Of a DNA stretch of 32,000 nt, positions 1 through 8,680 are shown piece by piece. The notes below the pieces were generated by a model. The model did no database searches and was not told the origin of the DNA. It saw only the letters and a program-made list of their open reading frames with translations. Position 1 is the stretch's first letter. The number at the start of each line of letters is the position of its first letter. The position numbers and the translations under genes were made by a program. The DNA is from Vibrio vulnificus CMCP6. Lineage in GTDB: Bacteria; Pseudomonadota; Gammaproteobacteria; Enterobacterales; Vibrionaceae. Location of the stretch: contig NC_004460.2 in NCBI RefSeq assembly GCF_000039765.1, forward strand, positions 1,470,001-1,502,000. The letters run 5' to 3'.

Positions 1-188
1 ACCGAGTTCACTTCCTTTTACGGGTTATCGTTCCACACCTAAGCACAGCTATTTAGTATCACTATTTGATACCAGTCGTGCCAAATTTCTAGTTCATCGA
101 ATTTTAAGTTGTTATGGGGGATTCCGACACGTCACCATTTAATGTCTACTTTAAGTAGAAAGCAATATCAGACACATGGAATAATAGA

Positions 189-668
189 ATGTTAAAAATT
201 ATAATAAATGGCGTTAAGGAAATTAGATCAAAATCTCAACTCTTTTTTCTATCTCTTGGCTCACTTCTTCTCTCACTATTTCTATTCTATTTATTTTCAC
301 TACCTCAAATTTCACTTCTAATCTCAGTCGAGAAAGAAATATCAGGCTATACAAACTTTGATATCGTATGCAAGTCTAGGAAACCACAAGCAATAAAAAT
401 AGCTGAATACTCATTAGATTTAGATTACGAAAAATGTAAGGAAATACAAAAAACCAAAGGAGAAATAATTATAAAAGTTTATGAGTCAGAGTTTTACTCG
501 AAAATATCTGAACTATATACCAATAACATCAAAGTAATAAGCAAAGACCACTCTTATCGCTATTACTTATTTTCCATATTATTAGGATTACTTTGGCTAT
601 CAATAAGCCTTCTACTTCTAACCATGTCAGTAATATATGCTATTTACTTTCTCAAAAGATTAAAATGA
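189..668 (+). CDS. hypothetical membrane protein with two predicted TM helices flanking a hydrophilic loop of about 85 aa
   Basis: 159-codon ATG ORF in a strongly AT-rich patch. Hydrophobic stretches QLFFLSLGSLLLSLFLFYLFSL (N-terminal) and YYLFSILLGLLWLSISLLLLTMSVIYAIYFL (C-terminal). No family recognised. Confidence 0.5.
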   Translation: MLKIIINGVKEIRSKSQLFFLSLGSLLLSLFLFYLFSLPQISLLISVEKEISGYTNFDIVCKSRKPQAIKIAEYSLDLDYEKCKEIQKTKGEIIIKVYESEFYSKISELYTNNIKVISKDHSYRYYLFSILLGLLWLSISLLLLTMSVIYAIYFLKRLK

Positions 669-787
669 AAATGGATGAAATATGTCCATATATGGGCGAT
701 GAAGAATGTGTTGAAAACAGAACAACAAACAATGAGGCTTGTATCCCCTATGGGAAAGGGTATAGCAATGGCTCTCGCCTCATTTAG
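665..787 (+). CDS. possible 40-aa Cys-containing peptide, translationally coupled to the upstream ORF
   Basis: The ATG at 665 overlaps the TGA stop (666-668) of the upstream ORF in an ATGA arrangement. Peptide is MKMDEICPYMGDEECVENRTTNNEACIPYGKGYSNGSRLI. It is the in-frame 3' part of track ORF 593..787. No homology recognised. Confidence 0.25.
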   Translation: MKMDEICPYMGDEECVENRTTNNEACIPYGKGYSNGSRLI

Positions 788-971
788 CGATTAGAAAGCG
801 ATGCAGGCTAATTCCCCGTGAATCTGCCACTCTCGGTTTGTCCCAACTAAAAGTCAAAAATCGAGCAACCGTTGGCAATCAAATGCGCCGAAATCACTGG
901 ATAATAGCCATAGCGCCATCATTCATCGCCCCATCTTCTGTTTGTGTATGAGGACAACATGCCAATCCCCT

Positions 972-999
972 TTAGCTCATCGCGGCTTTGCTCTATAAT
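972..999 (+). promoter_or_regulatory. candidate sigma70 promoter for the methyltransferase gene
   Basis: TTAGCT (972-977), a 16-nt spacer, then TATAAT (994-999), lying 28 nt upstream of the ATG at 1027. It overlaps the TTG start at 988 used by the ORF track, which argues against that start. Confidence 0.3.
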
Positions 1000-1026
1000 T
1001 CGCACGCTTTTATCTGGGACAATGCA

Positions 1027-1761
1027 ATGATTTCAAAAAACCAACTAAAACTGCTTCGAGCTTTGGGGCAAAAGAAACAGCGCAAAGCGCTTGGCTTATT
1101 TCTGGTTCAAGGTGAAAAAAATGTCCTTGAGTTGGCCAACAGCACGCTCAAGGTGAAACAGGTGTTTGCCACGGCAGAGTTTCTACAGCAACATGCGGTT
1201 GAGCTGGCAGGTTATGAATGCATTGAAGCATCGCTGGACGATTTGACGAAGGCGAGCACGCTGGTGAGCAACAACGCGGCGATTGCGGTGGTAGAAATCC
1301 CTGCGATTGAAACGCCAAAAGCACAAGGTTTGATGATCGCCCTTGATGGTGTGTCTGACCCCGGTAACCTTGGCACCATCATCCGCGTGGCGGATTGGTA
1401 TGGCATCAAACACATTATTGCCAGCAGCGATTGTGCCGACCCATACAACCCGAAAACCATCAGTGCCACCATGGGCAGCTTTGGCCGTGTGCAGGTGAGC
1501 CTGGTTGATCTGCCCAGTTACTTAGAGCAGGCAAATTTGCCAATTTATGGTGCGTTTCTTGAAGGGGAAAGTGTTCACAAAACGACGTTCTCAGCGCAAG
1601 GCATTTTGCTGATGGGCAGTGAATCTCACGGTGTTCGTGAACAAGCGTCGAAGCTCGTCACCGACAAGATCACCATTCCGACGTTTGGTGGGGCAGAATC
1701 GCTCAATGTGGCGATGGCAACGGGCATTATTCTCGACAATATTCGCCGTCAGCACAGTTAA
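1027..1761 (+). CDS. TrmH/SpoU-family RNA 2'-O-methyltransferase
   Basis: Contains the SpoU-type C-terminal motifs LDGVSDPGNLGTIIRVADWYG, LLMGSESHGV and ESLNVAMATGIIL. I prefer the in-frame ATG at 1027 (MISKNQLKLL...) over the TTG at 988. Confidence 0.85.
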   Translation: MISKNQLKLLRALGQKKQRKALGLFLVQGEKNVLELANSTLKVKQVFATAEFLQQHAVELAGYECIEASLDDLTKASTLVSNNAAIAVVEIPAIETPKAQGLMIALDGVSDPGNLGTIIRVADWYGIKHIIASSDCADPYNPKTISATMGSFGRVQVSLVDLPSYLEQANLPIYGAFLEGESVHKTTFSAQGILLMGSESHGVREQASKLVTDKITIPTFGGAESLNVAMATGIILDNIRRQHS

Positions 1762-1826
1762 GCGTATAGTTTTGCTGCTGTGAAATAATAAGTGGTTTCA
1801 ATAGCAAACCGTTTACTTGAAATAGC

Positions 1827-1857
1827 AAAAAAGCGTCGTGGAATACGACGCTTTTTT
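1827..1857. terminator. bidirectional rho-independent terminator between convergent genes
   Basis: A6 run, then GCGTCGT (1833-1839), loop GGAAT, ACGACGC (1845-1851), then a T6 run. Confidence 0.75.
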
Positions 1858-1909
1858 ATTGAATCCGTTTTTCTCGAATCTGGTTAACCCATCGATTCGC
1901 TGGGAAAAC

Positions 1910-2233
1910 TTATCTTTCGAGCATGTCCAACTTGTTTGGCACGCCATTCCACTTTTCTGCCTCATCCATTGCTGGCTTCACTTCGGTTTGTACTGGCCAG
2001 AGCTCGGCTAATTCCGCATTCAGCTCTTTGTAGATCACTTGATCTTCTGGCAACTCATCTTCTTGGAAGATTGCCGCGGCGGCACACTCGTCCACACACA
2101 AACCACAGTCGATGCACTCGATGGGGTTGATCACCATGAAGTTCGGCCCTTCGTGAAAGGCATCCGCCGGGCAAACGGCGACACAATCCGTGTATTTACA
2201 TTGGATACAGTTATCAGTTACCACAAATGCCAT
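1910..2233 (-). CDS. fdxA: 7Fe (3Fe-4S/4Fe-4S) Azotobacter-type ferredoxin
   Basis: [21 protein letters not shown] ... [11 protein letters not shown] ... NAELAELWP closely parallels the Azotobacter FdI-type ferredoxin sequence as I remember it. Confidence 0.9.
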   Translation of the reverse strand: MAFVVTDNCIQCKYTDCVAVCPADAFHEGPNFMVINPIECIDCGLCVDECAAAAIFQEDELPEDQVIYKELNAELAELWPVQTEVKPAMDEAEKWNGVPNKLDMLER

Positions 2234-2521
2234 GACATAGCGCTCTTTAGTTCAGTGAAACACATTCTTCAATGACACGTTGCGGTCAAAAATGAAGAAG
2301 GGGGATGATACTGATCCCAAGGCAAAATTCAACATTGGTGACGGCGATTGTTATGGTGAACTTTGCTTCGTTCTGGTTTTTAGTATGACCCAGTTCTGCT
2401 TTTTGTATGACATAGAAAGCAATTTCTCGTAAAATGCGCGCCATTGTGAGCTGCGCTGGTTGTTTTTTTTAGAAGGAAATGATCCAGCAAGGCTAAGACA
2501 CCAACTGTAACGAGATATCCC

Positions 2522-4138
2522 ATGATACGTTTAACTGAACTTCGACTTCCTCTCGACCATGAGGAAGGCGCGCTTCTCGAAGCCATTACCGCCAAGCTCG
2601 GCATTTCCGCAGAGCAGGTTCTTTCTTTTTCCATGTTTAGACGTGGTTACGATGCTCGTAAAAAGACCAACATCCAGTTGATTTACACGCTGGATATTGA
2701 AGTGGCGAATCAAGACAAGTTGTTAGCGAAGTTCAGTAACGATCCCCATGTTCGTGAAACGCCGGACATGGAATACAAGTATGTGGCTCAAGCGCCAGCG
2801 AACCTCACTGAGCGCCCAATCGTGATCGGTTTTGGCCCTTGTGGCTTGTTTGCTGGCCTTGTGTTGGCGCAAATGGGTTTCAACCCAATCATTGTTGAAC
2901 GCGGTAAAGAGGTGCGTGAGCGTACCAAAGATACCTTCGGTTTTTGGCGTAAGCGTACGCTGAATCCGGAGTCAAACGTACAGTTTGGTGAAGGCGGTGC
3001 GGGCACCTTTTCTGACGGTAAACTTTACAGCCAAGTGAAAGATCCTAATTTCTACGGCCGCAAAGTGATCACCGAATTCGTTGAAGCGGGCGCGCCAGAA
3101 GAGATCCTCTACGTGAGTAAGCCGCACATCGGTACCTTTAAGTTGGTTACGATGATCGAAAAAATGCGCGCGAAAATTCTTGAGCTCGGCGGTGAGATTC
3201 GCTTTAGCACGCGTGTTGACGATATCCATATGGAAGATGGCCAAATCACGGGCGTGACGCTGTCTAACGGTGAAGAGCTGAAATCTCGCCATGTGGTGCT
3301 CGCTGTCGGTCACAGTGCGCGCGATACCTTTGAAATGTTGCATGAGCGCGGCGTTTATATGGAAGCGAAGCCGTTCTCTGTCGGTTTCCGTATCGAGCAC
3401 AAACAGTCGATGATCGACGAAGCGCGTTTTGGTTCAAACGCGGGCAATCCAATTCTCGGCGCGGCAGATTACAAACTGGTGCACCATTGTAAGAATGGCC
3501 GCACGGTTTACAGCTTCTGTATGTGTCCGGGTGGCACGGTAGTAGCGGCGACCTCTGAAGAAGGCCGCGTTGTGACAAACGGCATGAGCCAATACTCACG
3601 TGCTGAGCGTAACGCCAACAGTGCGATTGTGGTGGGCATCTCTCCTGAGATCGATTACCCGGGCGATCCGCTCGCGGGTATCCGTTTCCAGCGCGAGCTT
3701 GAATCCAATGCTTACCGTCTTGGTGGTGAAAACTACGACGCACCTGCACAGAAAATTGGTGACTTCCTAAAAGGTCGCGATCCAAGTGCTCTTGGTGACG
3801 TGGAGCCATCATTCACGCCAGGTATTAAACTGACGGACCTTGAGAAGGCGTTGCCACCCTTCGCTATTGAAGCGATCCGCGAAGCGATTCCCGCGTTTGA
3901 TCGCAAGATCAAAGGTTTTGCGTCTGAAGACGGTTTGCTCACCGGTGTGGAAACGCGTACCTCTTCTCCTGTGTGCATCAAGCGCGACAAAGAATACCAA
4001 AGCGTTAACCTCAAAGGTTTCTACCCAGCGGGTGAGGGTGCAGGTTATGCTGGCGGTATCCTTTCTGCGGGTATCGACGGCATTAAAGTGGCCGAAGCCG
4101 TTGCGCGTAGCATGGTGGCTCAGCTAGAAAACGCCTAG
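2522..4138 (+). CDS. FAD-dependent oxidoreductase of uncharacterised function (COG2509-like)
   Basis: 538 aa. Rossmann dinucleotide motif IVIGFGPCGLFAGLVLAQ and C-terminal FYPAGEGAGYAGGILSAGIDG motif, both typical of this family. Confidence 0.85.
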   Translation: MIRLTELRLPLDHEEGALLEAITAKLGISAEQVLSFSMFRRGYDARKKTNIQLIYTLDIEVANQDKLLAKFSNDPHVRETPDMEYKYVAQAPANLTERPIVIGFGPCGLFAGLVLAQMGFNPIIVERGKEVRERTKDTFGFWRKRTLNPESNVQFGEGGAGTFSDGKLYSQVKDPNFYGRKVITEFVEAGAPEEILYVSKPHIGTFKLVTMIEKMRAKILELGGEIRFSTRVDDIHMEDGQITGVTLSNGEELKSRHVVLAVGHSARDTFEMLHERGVYMEAKPFSVGFRIEHKQSMIDEARFGSNAGNPILGAADYKLVHHCKNGRTVYSFCMCPGGTVVAATSEEGRVVTNGMSQYSRAERNANSAIVVGISPEIDYPGDPLAGIRFQRELESNAYRLGGENYDAPAQKIGDFLKGRDPSALGDVEPSFTPGIKLTDLEKALPPFAIEAIREAIPAFDRKIKGFASEDGLLTGVETRTSSPVCIKRDKEYQSVNLKGFYPAGEGAGYAGGILSAGIDGIKVAEAVARSMVAQLENA

Positions 4139-4157
4139 TTGAAACGAAGTGAAATAG

Positions 4158-4188
4158 AAAAAGCAACTCCGAAAGAGTTGCTTTTTTT
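4158..4188. terminator. bidirectional rho-independent terminator
   Basis: A5 run, then GCAACTC (4163-4169), loop CGAAA, GAGTTGC (4175-4181), then a T7 run. It sits between convergent genes. Confidence 0.75.
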
Positions 4189-4203
4189 GTCGATTTTATT
4201 TGG

Positions 4204-6369
4204 TTAGAAGCCGTAATTCACGTTGAGCTCGACGGTTTGCTCCGCGCCAAACCAGCAGTTGGTCTGGTTGTAGCATGAGTAATATTGCTCATTGAACAGG
4301 TTGTTCACCACCAAGTTAACTTGCGCGCCATTGAGTGAATCACTCGCGCTGCCCAGGTCGTAACCAAGCGAGAGGTCAGCGACCGTGTACGATGGCACCT
4401 TGCCTTGGGTGTTGGTAGCATCCATTTCCATTTCGCCCACATAACGCACACCACCACCAATACGAGCACCACTTAAAGCACCGGAAGTGAGGTAGTAGTT
4501 CGTCCAAAGATTTGCGCTGTGTTTTGGCACATAAATCGGTGTCGTTCCGACAAGCGTGGCATCGGTGGCTTTTTTCACTTCCATATCAAGGTAGGTGTAA
4601 GAGGCCAGCACATCCCAGTTATCAGCCAGATAGGCTTGCCCTTCAAGCTCGACACCTTGAGACGTTACTTCGCCCAATTGGATCTTTGCACGGAACGTTG
4701 GGTCGTTAGGGTCGGCGGCAATGGAGTCAAATTTGGTAATGTTGAAGTAAGACGCGGTCAACGTGTTGGCCATGTCTGCAGACATGTACTTAAAGCCCAC
4801 TTCGATCTGCTCGCCCGTTTGCGGTTTCAAGCTCTTGCCGTTGATGTCGGTGCCTGCCGCGGGTTCAAAGCTGGTGGCATAGTTGGCAAAGGGTGACAGG
4901 CCATTGCCAAGCTCATATAAAGCACCAACACGATAGGAGAACTGGTTGTGATCGGACGTTTCTTTGCCATCATACGTTGGCGCAGTACTTGTCTTATCAT
5001 CGTGGGATTTGAACAGATCGTAACGTCCGCCTGCCAGCAAAATCAGTTGGCCGTGGCGTATTTGATCTTGGAAATAGACGCCCAGCTGTTCAAAGCCAAT
5101 ATCGTGGCGCTCTGAATAGACTTCGTTGAGTTGGCTTTTGTCTAACAGATTGTTGTTTGGTTGATAGGCATTGAAGGTATAAAAAGCAGCGTTGCCAGCG
5201 AACTCTTTGTATGAAGAATCCCCATCGAGATCTTGGTAATCGACGCCAACCAGCAAGTTGTGCTGCCAATTGCCCATCGTCACTAGACCAGAAAGCTGGT
5301 TGTCTATCACCACACTCTTGTAACTTTCATCGGTAGTATAGATATTTCGAGACAGCGCACCCGTCGCCGCTGTAAAGCCGGTATCAAGGTGATAAGTGTT
5401 CTCTTGGTACAACGAGGCATCGGTATAACGGGCATTTTGTAGAAATGACCAGTTGTCATTGAACTCGTGATTGAGCTTATAGCCAAGCATGAGTATGTCA
5501 CGCTCGAAGGTACTCCAATTGGTATCTCCCATCGAGACCGAAGGCGATTGTCTTTTCACCACTTCAACAGGCATGGAAGAGTTGATGCCCATGGCGGGAT
5601 CGTTCTGATAGTAAAGATTTACGTTGATCAGAGTGCGATCGGTTACTTGCCAGTCGAGAGACGGTGCGATGAGATAACGTTCTTCATCGGCACCGTTGAC
5701 TTGGCTATCTTGCTTACGTGCCATGGCCACCAGTCGGTAGGATAGGTTGCTGTCACCGATTTGCCCGGCAGAGTCCAGCGACGCTTGTACAAGATGACGC
5801 GAGCCCGTTGCCAGCCCTACCGATGTGCTTTGTTCCTGTTGCGGTGATTTGGCAATGATGTTGACCATGCCGCCCGGAGGCATGGTTCCGTAGAGCACCG
5901 AGGTTGGGCCTTTAAACACTTCTATTTGCTGAATTGCGACTGGGTCAATTTGTGGATGCAAGTTCCAGCCTGCTAAGTAAGGCAAGATCAAACCATCGTA
6001 ATAGTTCTGGTTGTTTGTCTCAAAGCCGCGGATAGAAAAGTTGTCGTACATGGTGACCGCAGCACCTTTTTGTTCCGTCACTACGCCCGGAGCATAGCGC
6101 AGGGCTTCATTGACCGATTTAACACCGCGCTGATCCAGCAGTTCTTTATCAATGATCGTCACACCTTGTGGTGTCTCCTCGGGCTCCAACGCCGTTTTGG
6201 TCGCCGTATTGCGATAGACCTTGCCAAGCACCGTAATGGTTTCAAGTTGGGTCGTTTCAAGCTGAGCGTTTTCGATGCTGCTTTGCTCGGCGGCAACAAG
6301 AGGAGTGGTAAACGTAGCCATGATCGCAAGCGCGATAGAGGAAGTTTTAAATGGAGTTGTTGTGTTCAT
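4204..6369 (-). CDS. TonB-dependent outer-membrane siderophore receptor (hydroxamate/FhuA-FhuE-like class)
   Basis: Signal peptide MNTTTPFKTSSIALAIMATFTTPLVAAEQ, TonB-box-like ETITVLG, plug and barrel motifs, and a terminal aromatic residue (...NVNYGF). Start moved to the ATG at 6369, which gives a normal signal peptide. Confidence 0.9.
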   Translation of the reverse strand: MNTTTPFKTSSIALAIMATFTTPLVAAEQSSIENAQLETTQLETITVLGKVYRNTATKTALEPEETPQGVTIIDKELLDQRGVKSVNEALRYAPGVVTEQKGAAVTMYDNFSIRGFETNNQNYYDGLILPYLAGWNLHPQIDPVAIQQIEVFKGPTSVLYGTMPPGGMVNIIAKSPQQEQSTSVGLATGSRHLVQASLDSAGQIGDSNLSYRLVAMARKQDSQVNGADEERYLIAPSLDWQVTDRTLINVNLYYQNDPAMGINSSMPVEVVKRQSPSVSMGDTNWSTFERDILMLGYKLNHEFNDNWSFLQNARYTDASLYQENTYHLDTGFTAATGALSRNIYTTDESYKSVVIDNQLSGLVTMGNWQHNLLVGVDYQDLDGDSSYKEFAGNAAFYTFNAYQPNNNLLDKSQLNEVYSERHDIGFEQLGVYFQDQIRHGQLILLAGGRYDLFKSHDDKTSTAPTYDGKETSDHNQFSYRVGALYELGNGLSPFANYATSFEPAAGTDINGKSLKPQTGEQIEVGFKYMSADMANTLTASYFNITKFDSIAADPNDPTFRAKIQLGEVTSQGVELEGQAYLADNWDVLASYTYLDMEVKKATDATLVGTTPIYVPKHSANLWTNYYLTSGALSGARIGGGVRYVGEMEMDATNTQGKVPSYTVADLSLGYDLGSASDSLNGAQVNLVVNNLFNEQYYSCYNQTNCWFGAEQTVELNVNYGF

Positions 6370-6399
6370 AGTGTCCCTAAATACCAATGCATACTTAAT

Positions 6400-6418
6400 G
6401 GTAGTAATTCTCATTTGC
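6400..6418 (-). promoter_or_regulatory. candidate Fur box upstream of the receptor gene
   Basis: The minus-strand sequence GCAAATGAGAATTACTACC matches 13 of 19 positions of GATAATGATAATCATTATC. It lies 31 nt upstream of the receptor start. Confidence 0.45.
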
Positions 6419-6512
6419 ATTGTATTGGGCAGCTCAAAAGATAGTTAACAATTTGGTGCAACTTCAACACAAACTTAAAGTCACTTGTTGATATACATGA
6501 GCTTGGATAACC

Positions 6513-7454
6513 TCATACTTTTTGGATCGGTACCCAGTACTCCATTTCAGCATTGAGTGAGTTGGGGTGATAGTCAGTGGGGTAGACTTCCAGTTCATAA
6601 CCATCTATGCCGCGATAGCCAGAATTTGGCAGCCAATGAATAATGAACCATTCCAGCGTTTTCGGAAGTCGCTCAATCGGGCCTTTGTGTTTTACGATCG
6701 CGTAAGTTTGTTGGGGTACTGCCAGCGTTTCGAGTTGATCGGAAATCAAACTGGGCAGTTCTGGAAGGGATATGTTCGAATCAAGTTCGATACCTGCCCA
6801 ATACTTGATGTGGCTACCATCGAAACTCGCTTGAGTTACATCCACGACACCAAGTCTTCGGTTCATTAATGGCGGAAGGTTTGTGGCCGCTTCTTCAAGG
6901 TTTTTCCAAAGCAGAGGGACGACTTGTGCGAAATTGGGCTTAAGAGAAAATAAGCCATTCATTTCCCCACGAACCCCTTTCAGCAAAAACGCCTCTTTGG
7001 TGTCGACTTTCACTTCAACAAACGAGCTTGCATTGATGCCTGCGTGATTAATTTCTGATATTTCGATGGGTTTCTTTAGGCCAAAGCGTTGCGCTTGCTT
7101 GCGATAGAGGCGAGGGCTGTAGCCAAACAACTGCTTGAATGCGCGGCTAAAGGCGATCTCGGAGTTAAAGCTAAGGGAAAGGGCGATATCAATGACTCGC
7201 TGATCCGTATCCAACAGCATTTCAGCGGCAGTGCTCAGTTTCAATTCACGTACATAGTGCGCGACGGTTAAGCCCGTTTCCGCTTGAAAGACGCGTTGCA
7301 ATTGCCAGCGTGACCAGCAACTTTGTTCCGCAATTTCTTCCAGAGACAGCGGCGCATCAAGGTTGTTATGAATGAACGACAACACCTTGCTGATGCGATT
7401 GAATGTCGATACAGATCTGTCTCTACTTTGTGCTGTTGCCACAATGAATACCAA
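6513..7454 (-). CDS. AraC-family transcriptional regulator with a GyrI-like effector-binding C-terminal domain
   Basis: N-terminal AraC HTH (LSLEEIAEQSCWSRWQLQRVFQ ... FNSEIAFSRAFKQLFGYSPRLYRK) followed by a C-terminal domain of about 180 aa. There is no ATG near the 5' end, so the start is a TTG (7454) or GTG (7442) and is uncertain. Confidence 0.85.
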   Translation of the reverse strand: MVFIVATAQSRDRSVSTFNRISKVLSFIHNNLDAPLSLEEIAEQSCWSRWQLQRVFQAETGLTVAHYVRELKLSTAAEMLLDTDQRVIDIALSLSFNSEIAFSRAFKQLFGYSPRLYRKQAQRFGLKKPIEISEINHAGINASSFVEVKVDTKEAFLLKGVRGEMNGLFSLKPNFAQVVPLLWKNLEEAATNLPPLMNRRLGVVDVTQASFDGSHIKYWAGIELDSNISLPELPSLISDQLETLAVPQQTYAIVKHKGPIERLPKTLEWFIIHWLPNSGYRGIDGYELEVYPTDYHPNSLNAEMEYWVPIQKV

Positions 7455-7522
7455 GCATACGGATTGAATTGTACCTCAACCATGAGGGTGGCATCAGAGT
7501 ACAACTGTTAAGTCAATCAAAA

Positions 7523-7541
7523 GAGAATGGTTATCATTTTG
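7523..7541. promoter_or_regulatory. candidate Fur box in the divergent araC-like / fhuF-like promoter region
   Basis: GAGAATGGTTATCATTTTG matches 14 of 19 positions of the Fur consensus GATAATGATAATCATTATC. Confidence 0.5.
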
Positions 7542-7614
7542 CACCGTATTGTTAAGTTTTACAATTCCTGTTGCGTTAAGGTATTGGCCAACTCACACTC
7601 GATATTAGTTGTCT

Positions 7615-8370
7615 ATGCGCCCAGAATGGCTCAAACGTTTTTGGTTTCGTCCACCTCCACCCGCTATTTATCAATTAATTTTCACGCACTCGAAGCAGGT
7701 TTCCCCCTATTTAAAAGGCTCATTCGGAGAGTTGCCGAAAGCGTGTATCTTGGTCGGAAATCCAAACAGCACTGCCATCATACAGAGCATTTATCACCAG
7801 CTTACGCAGGCTAATCCAGAAGCGGGCAGCAGTTACTGGTTAACGCGTACTTGGGACTTGCTCTGTTGGCAACCTATCTATCTCAGTTTTCTCTCCATCT
7901 ATGGGTTAAAGTCGTTGCCAGATTTTGCGCACTTTGGCCAGTTCCAGCATCGTGGCTTTATTGCGGGATACCGCTTTGCCTCTGAAATGCACTGGCATGG
8001 CGAGCCGGAGGTATTGGTCCCGAGAGCTGGTGAGCAGTTATTAATTTTGTTTGAGCAATACCGTCAACAAATCAACCACTGGACACGAATTCGCCCCGGA
8101 TTTAGCAACCACTTGCTCGCCGATTTGATTTTAAGTTGTCTGATCAAGCTTCAAACCATGAGACCTGAACTCAACAATGGCTATATCGAGCAGCAAGCGA
8201 AACTTTGGTTGGATGCGTTTCATTTATCTGACAAACACTTAGCGAGTCTCATCCAAGAGGAAACTGAAGGCAGGCTCAAACACATTAGGATGAGCTGTTG
8301 TTTAGCATACAAGTGCCGCAACGGAACCCTCTGCCAAGATTGCCCCAGACTTTCCACGAACAAACGTTAA
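7615..8370 (+). CDS. FhuF-like ferric-siderophore reductase, (2Fe-2S)-binding
   Basis: The C-terminal motif CC-x10-C-x2-C (MSCCLAYKCRNGTLCQDC, nt 8296-8343) is the FhuF-type 2Fe-2S signature. First ATG is at 7615; the track uses the TTG at 7609. Confidence 0.8.
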   Translation: MRPEWLKRFWFRPPPPAIYQLIFTHSKQVSPYLKGSFGELPKACILVGNPNSTAIIQSIYHQLTQANPEAGSSYWLTRTWDLLCWQPIYLSFLSIYGLKSLPDFAHFGQFQHRGFIAGYRFASEMHWHGEPEVLVPRAGEQLLILFEQYRQQINHWTRIRPGFSNHLLADLILSCLIKLQTMRPELNNGYIEQQAKLWLDAFHLSDKHLASLIQEETEGRLKHIRMSCCLAYKCRNGTLCQDCPRLSTNKR

Positions 8371-8680
8371 AGGCTTGTGAGCTGGGGGAATGCCAGTGTT
8401 TTGGTGATCGACTCTATCACGTTGAGTTTGAAAGGGGCGAGGAGGTGAATGCTGGTGCCTATTATTTAATGCGAGTCACATGAAATCTACAAAATAGTTA
8501 CTTTCACAGGTGACTTAAGTACGTCTCATTTTTCTGAATGAAATGAGCATTTGATCTGAGGCTGTGAATTTTTAATTTAGTATTGATATTTGCAATGACA
8601 AGCCTGTTTGACAAATCCATAAAACTGAATGCGAATGTCATTAAAGGGCTGATGGTGATTTTTATCAGAGGAAAAATATC

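Noticed and set aside
2-142. Open frame running in from the left edge (...GYRSTPKHSYLVSLFDTSRAKFLVHRILSCYGGFRHVTI*). A second frame ends at 40-42.
   Set aside because: The fragment is too short, has no recognisable motif, and two frames are open. I cannot support a partial CDS call.
1910-2233. The ferredoxin second-cluster motif ends [10 protein letters not shown] rather than the usual C-P.
   Set aside because: This is a minor substitution after the last Cys ligand. All cluster-ligating cysteines appear present, so it is not evidence of altered function.
2440-2470. A T8 run preceded by a weak GC pairing (GCGC...GCGC / CCA...TGG), looking like a terminator or attenuator upstream of the FAD oxidoreductase gene.
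   Set aside because: The stem is only 3-4 bp and ambiguous. There is no convincing upstream promoter or alternative structure.
8449-8469. Six-codon mini-ORF (MLVPII) preceded by GGAGG, downstream of the fhuF-like gene.
   Set aside because: The Shine-Dalgarno-to-ATG spacing is only 3 nt and nothing supports a leader-peptide function. It probably arose by chance.
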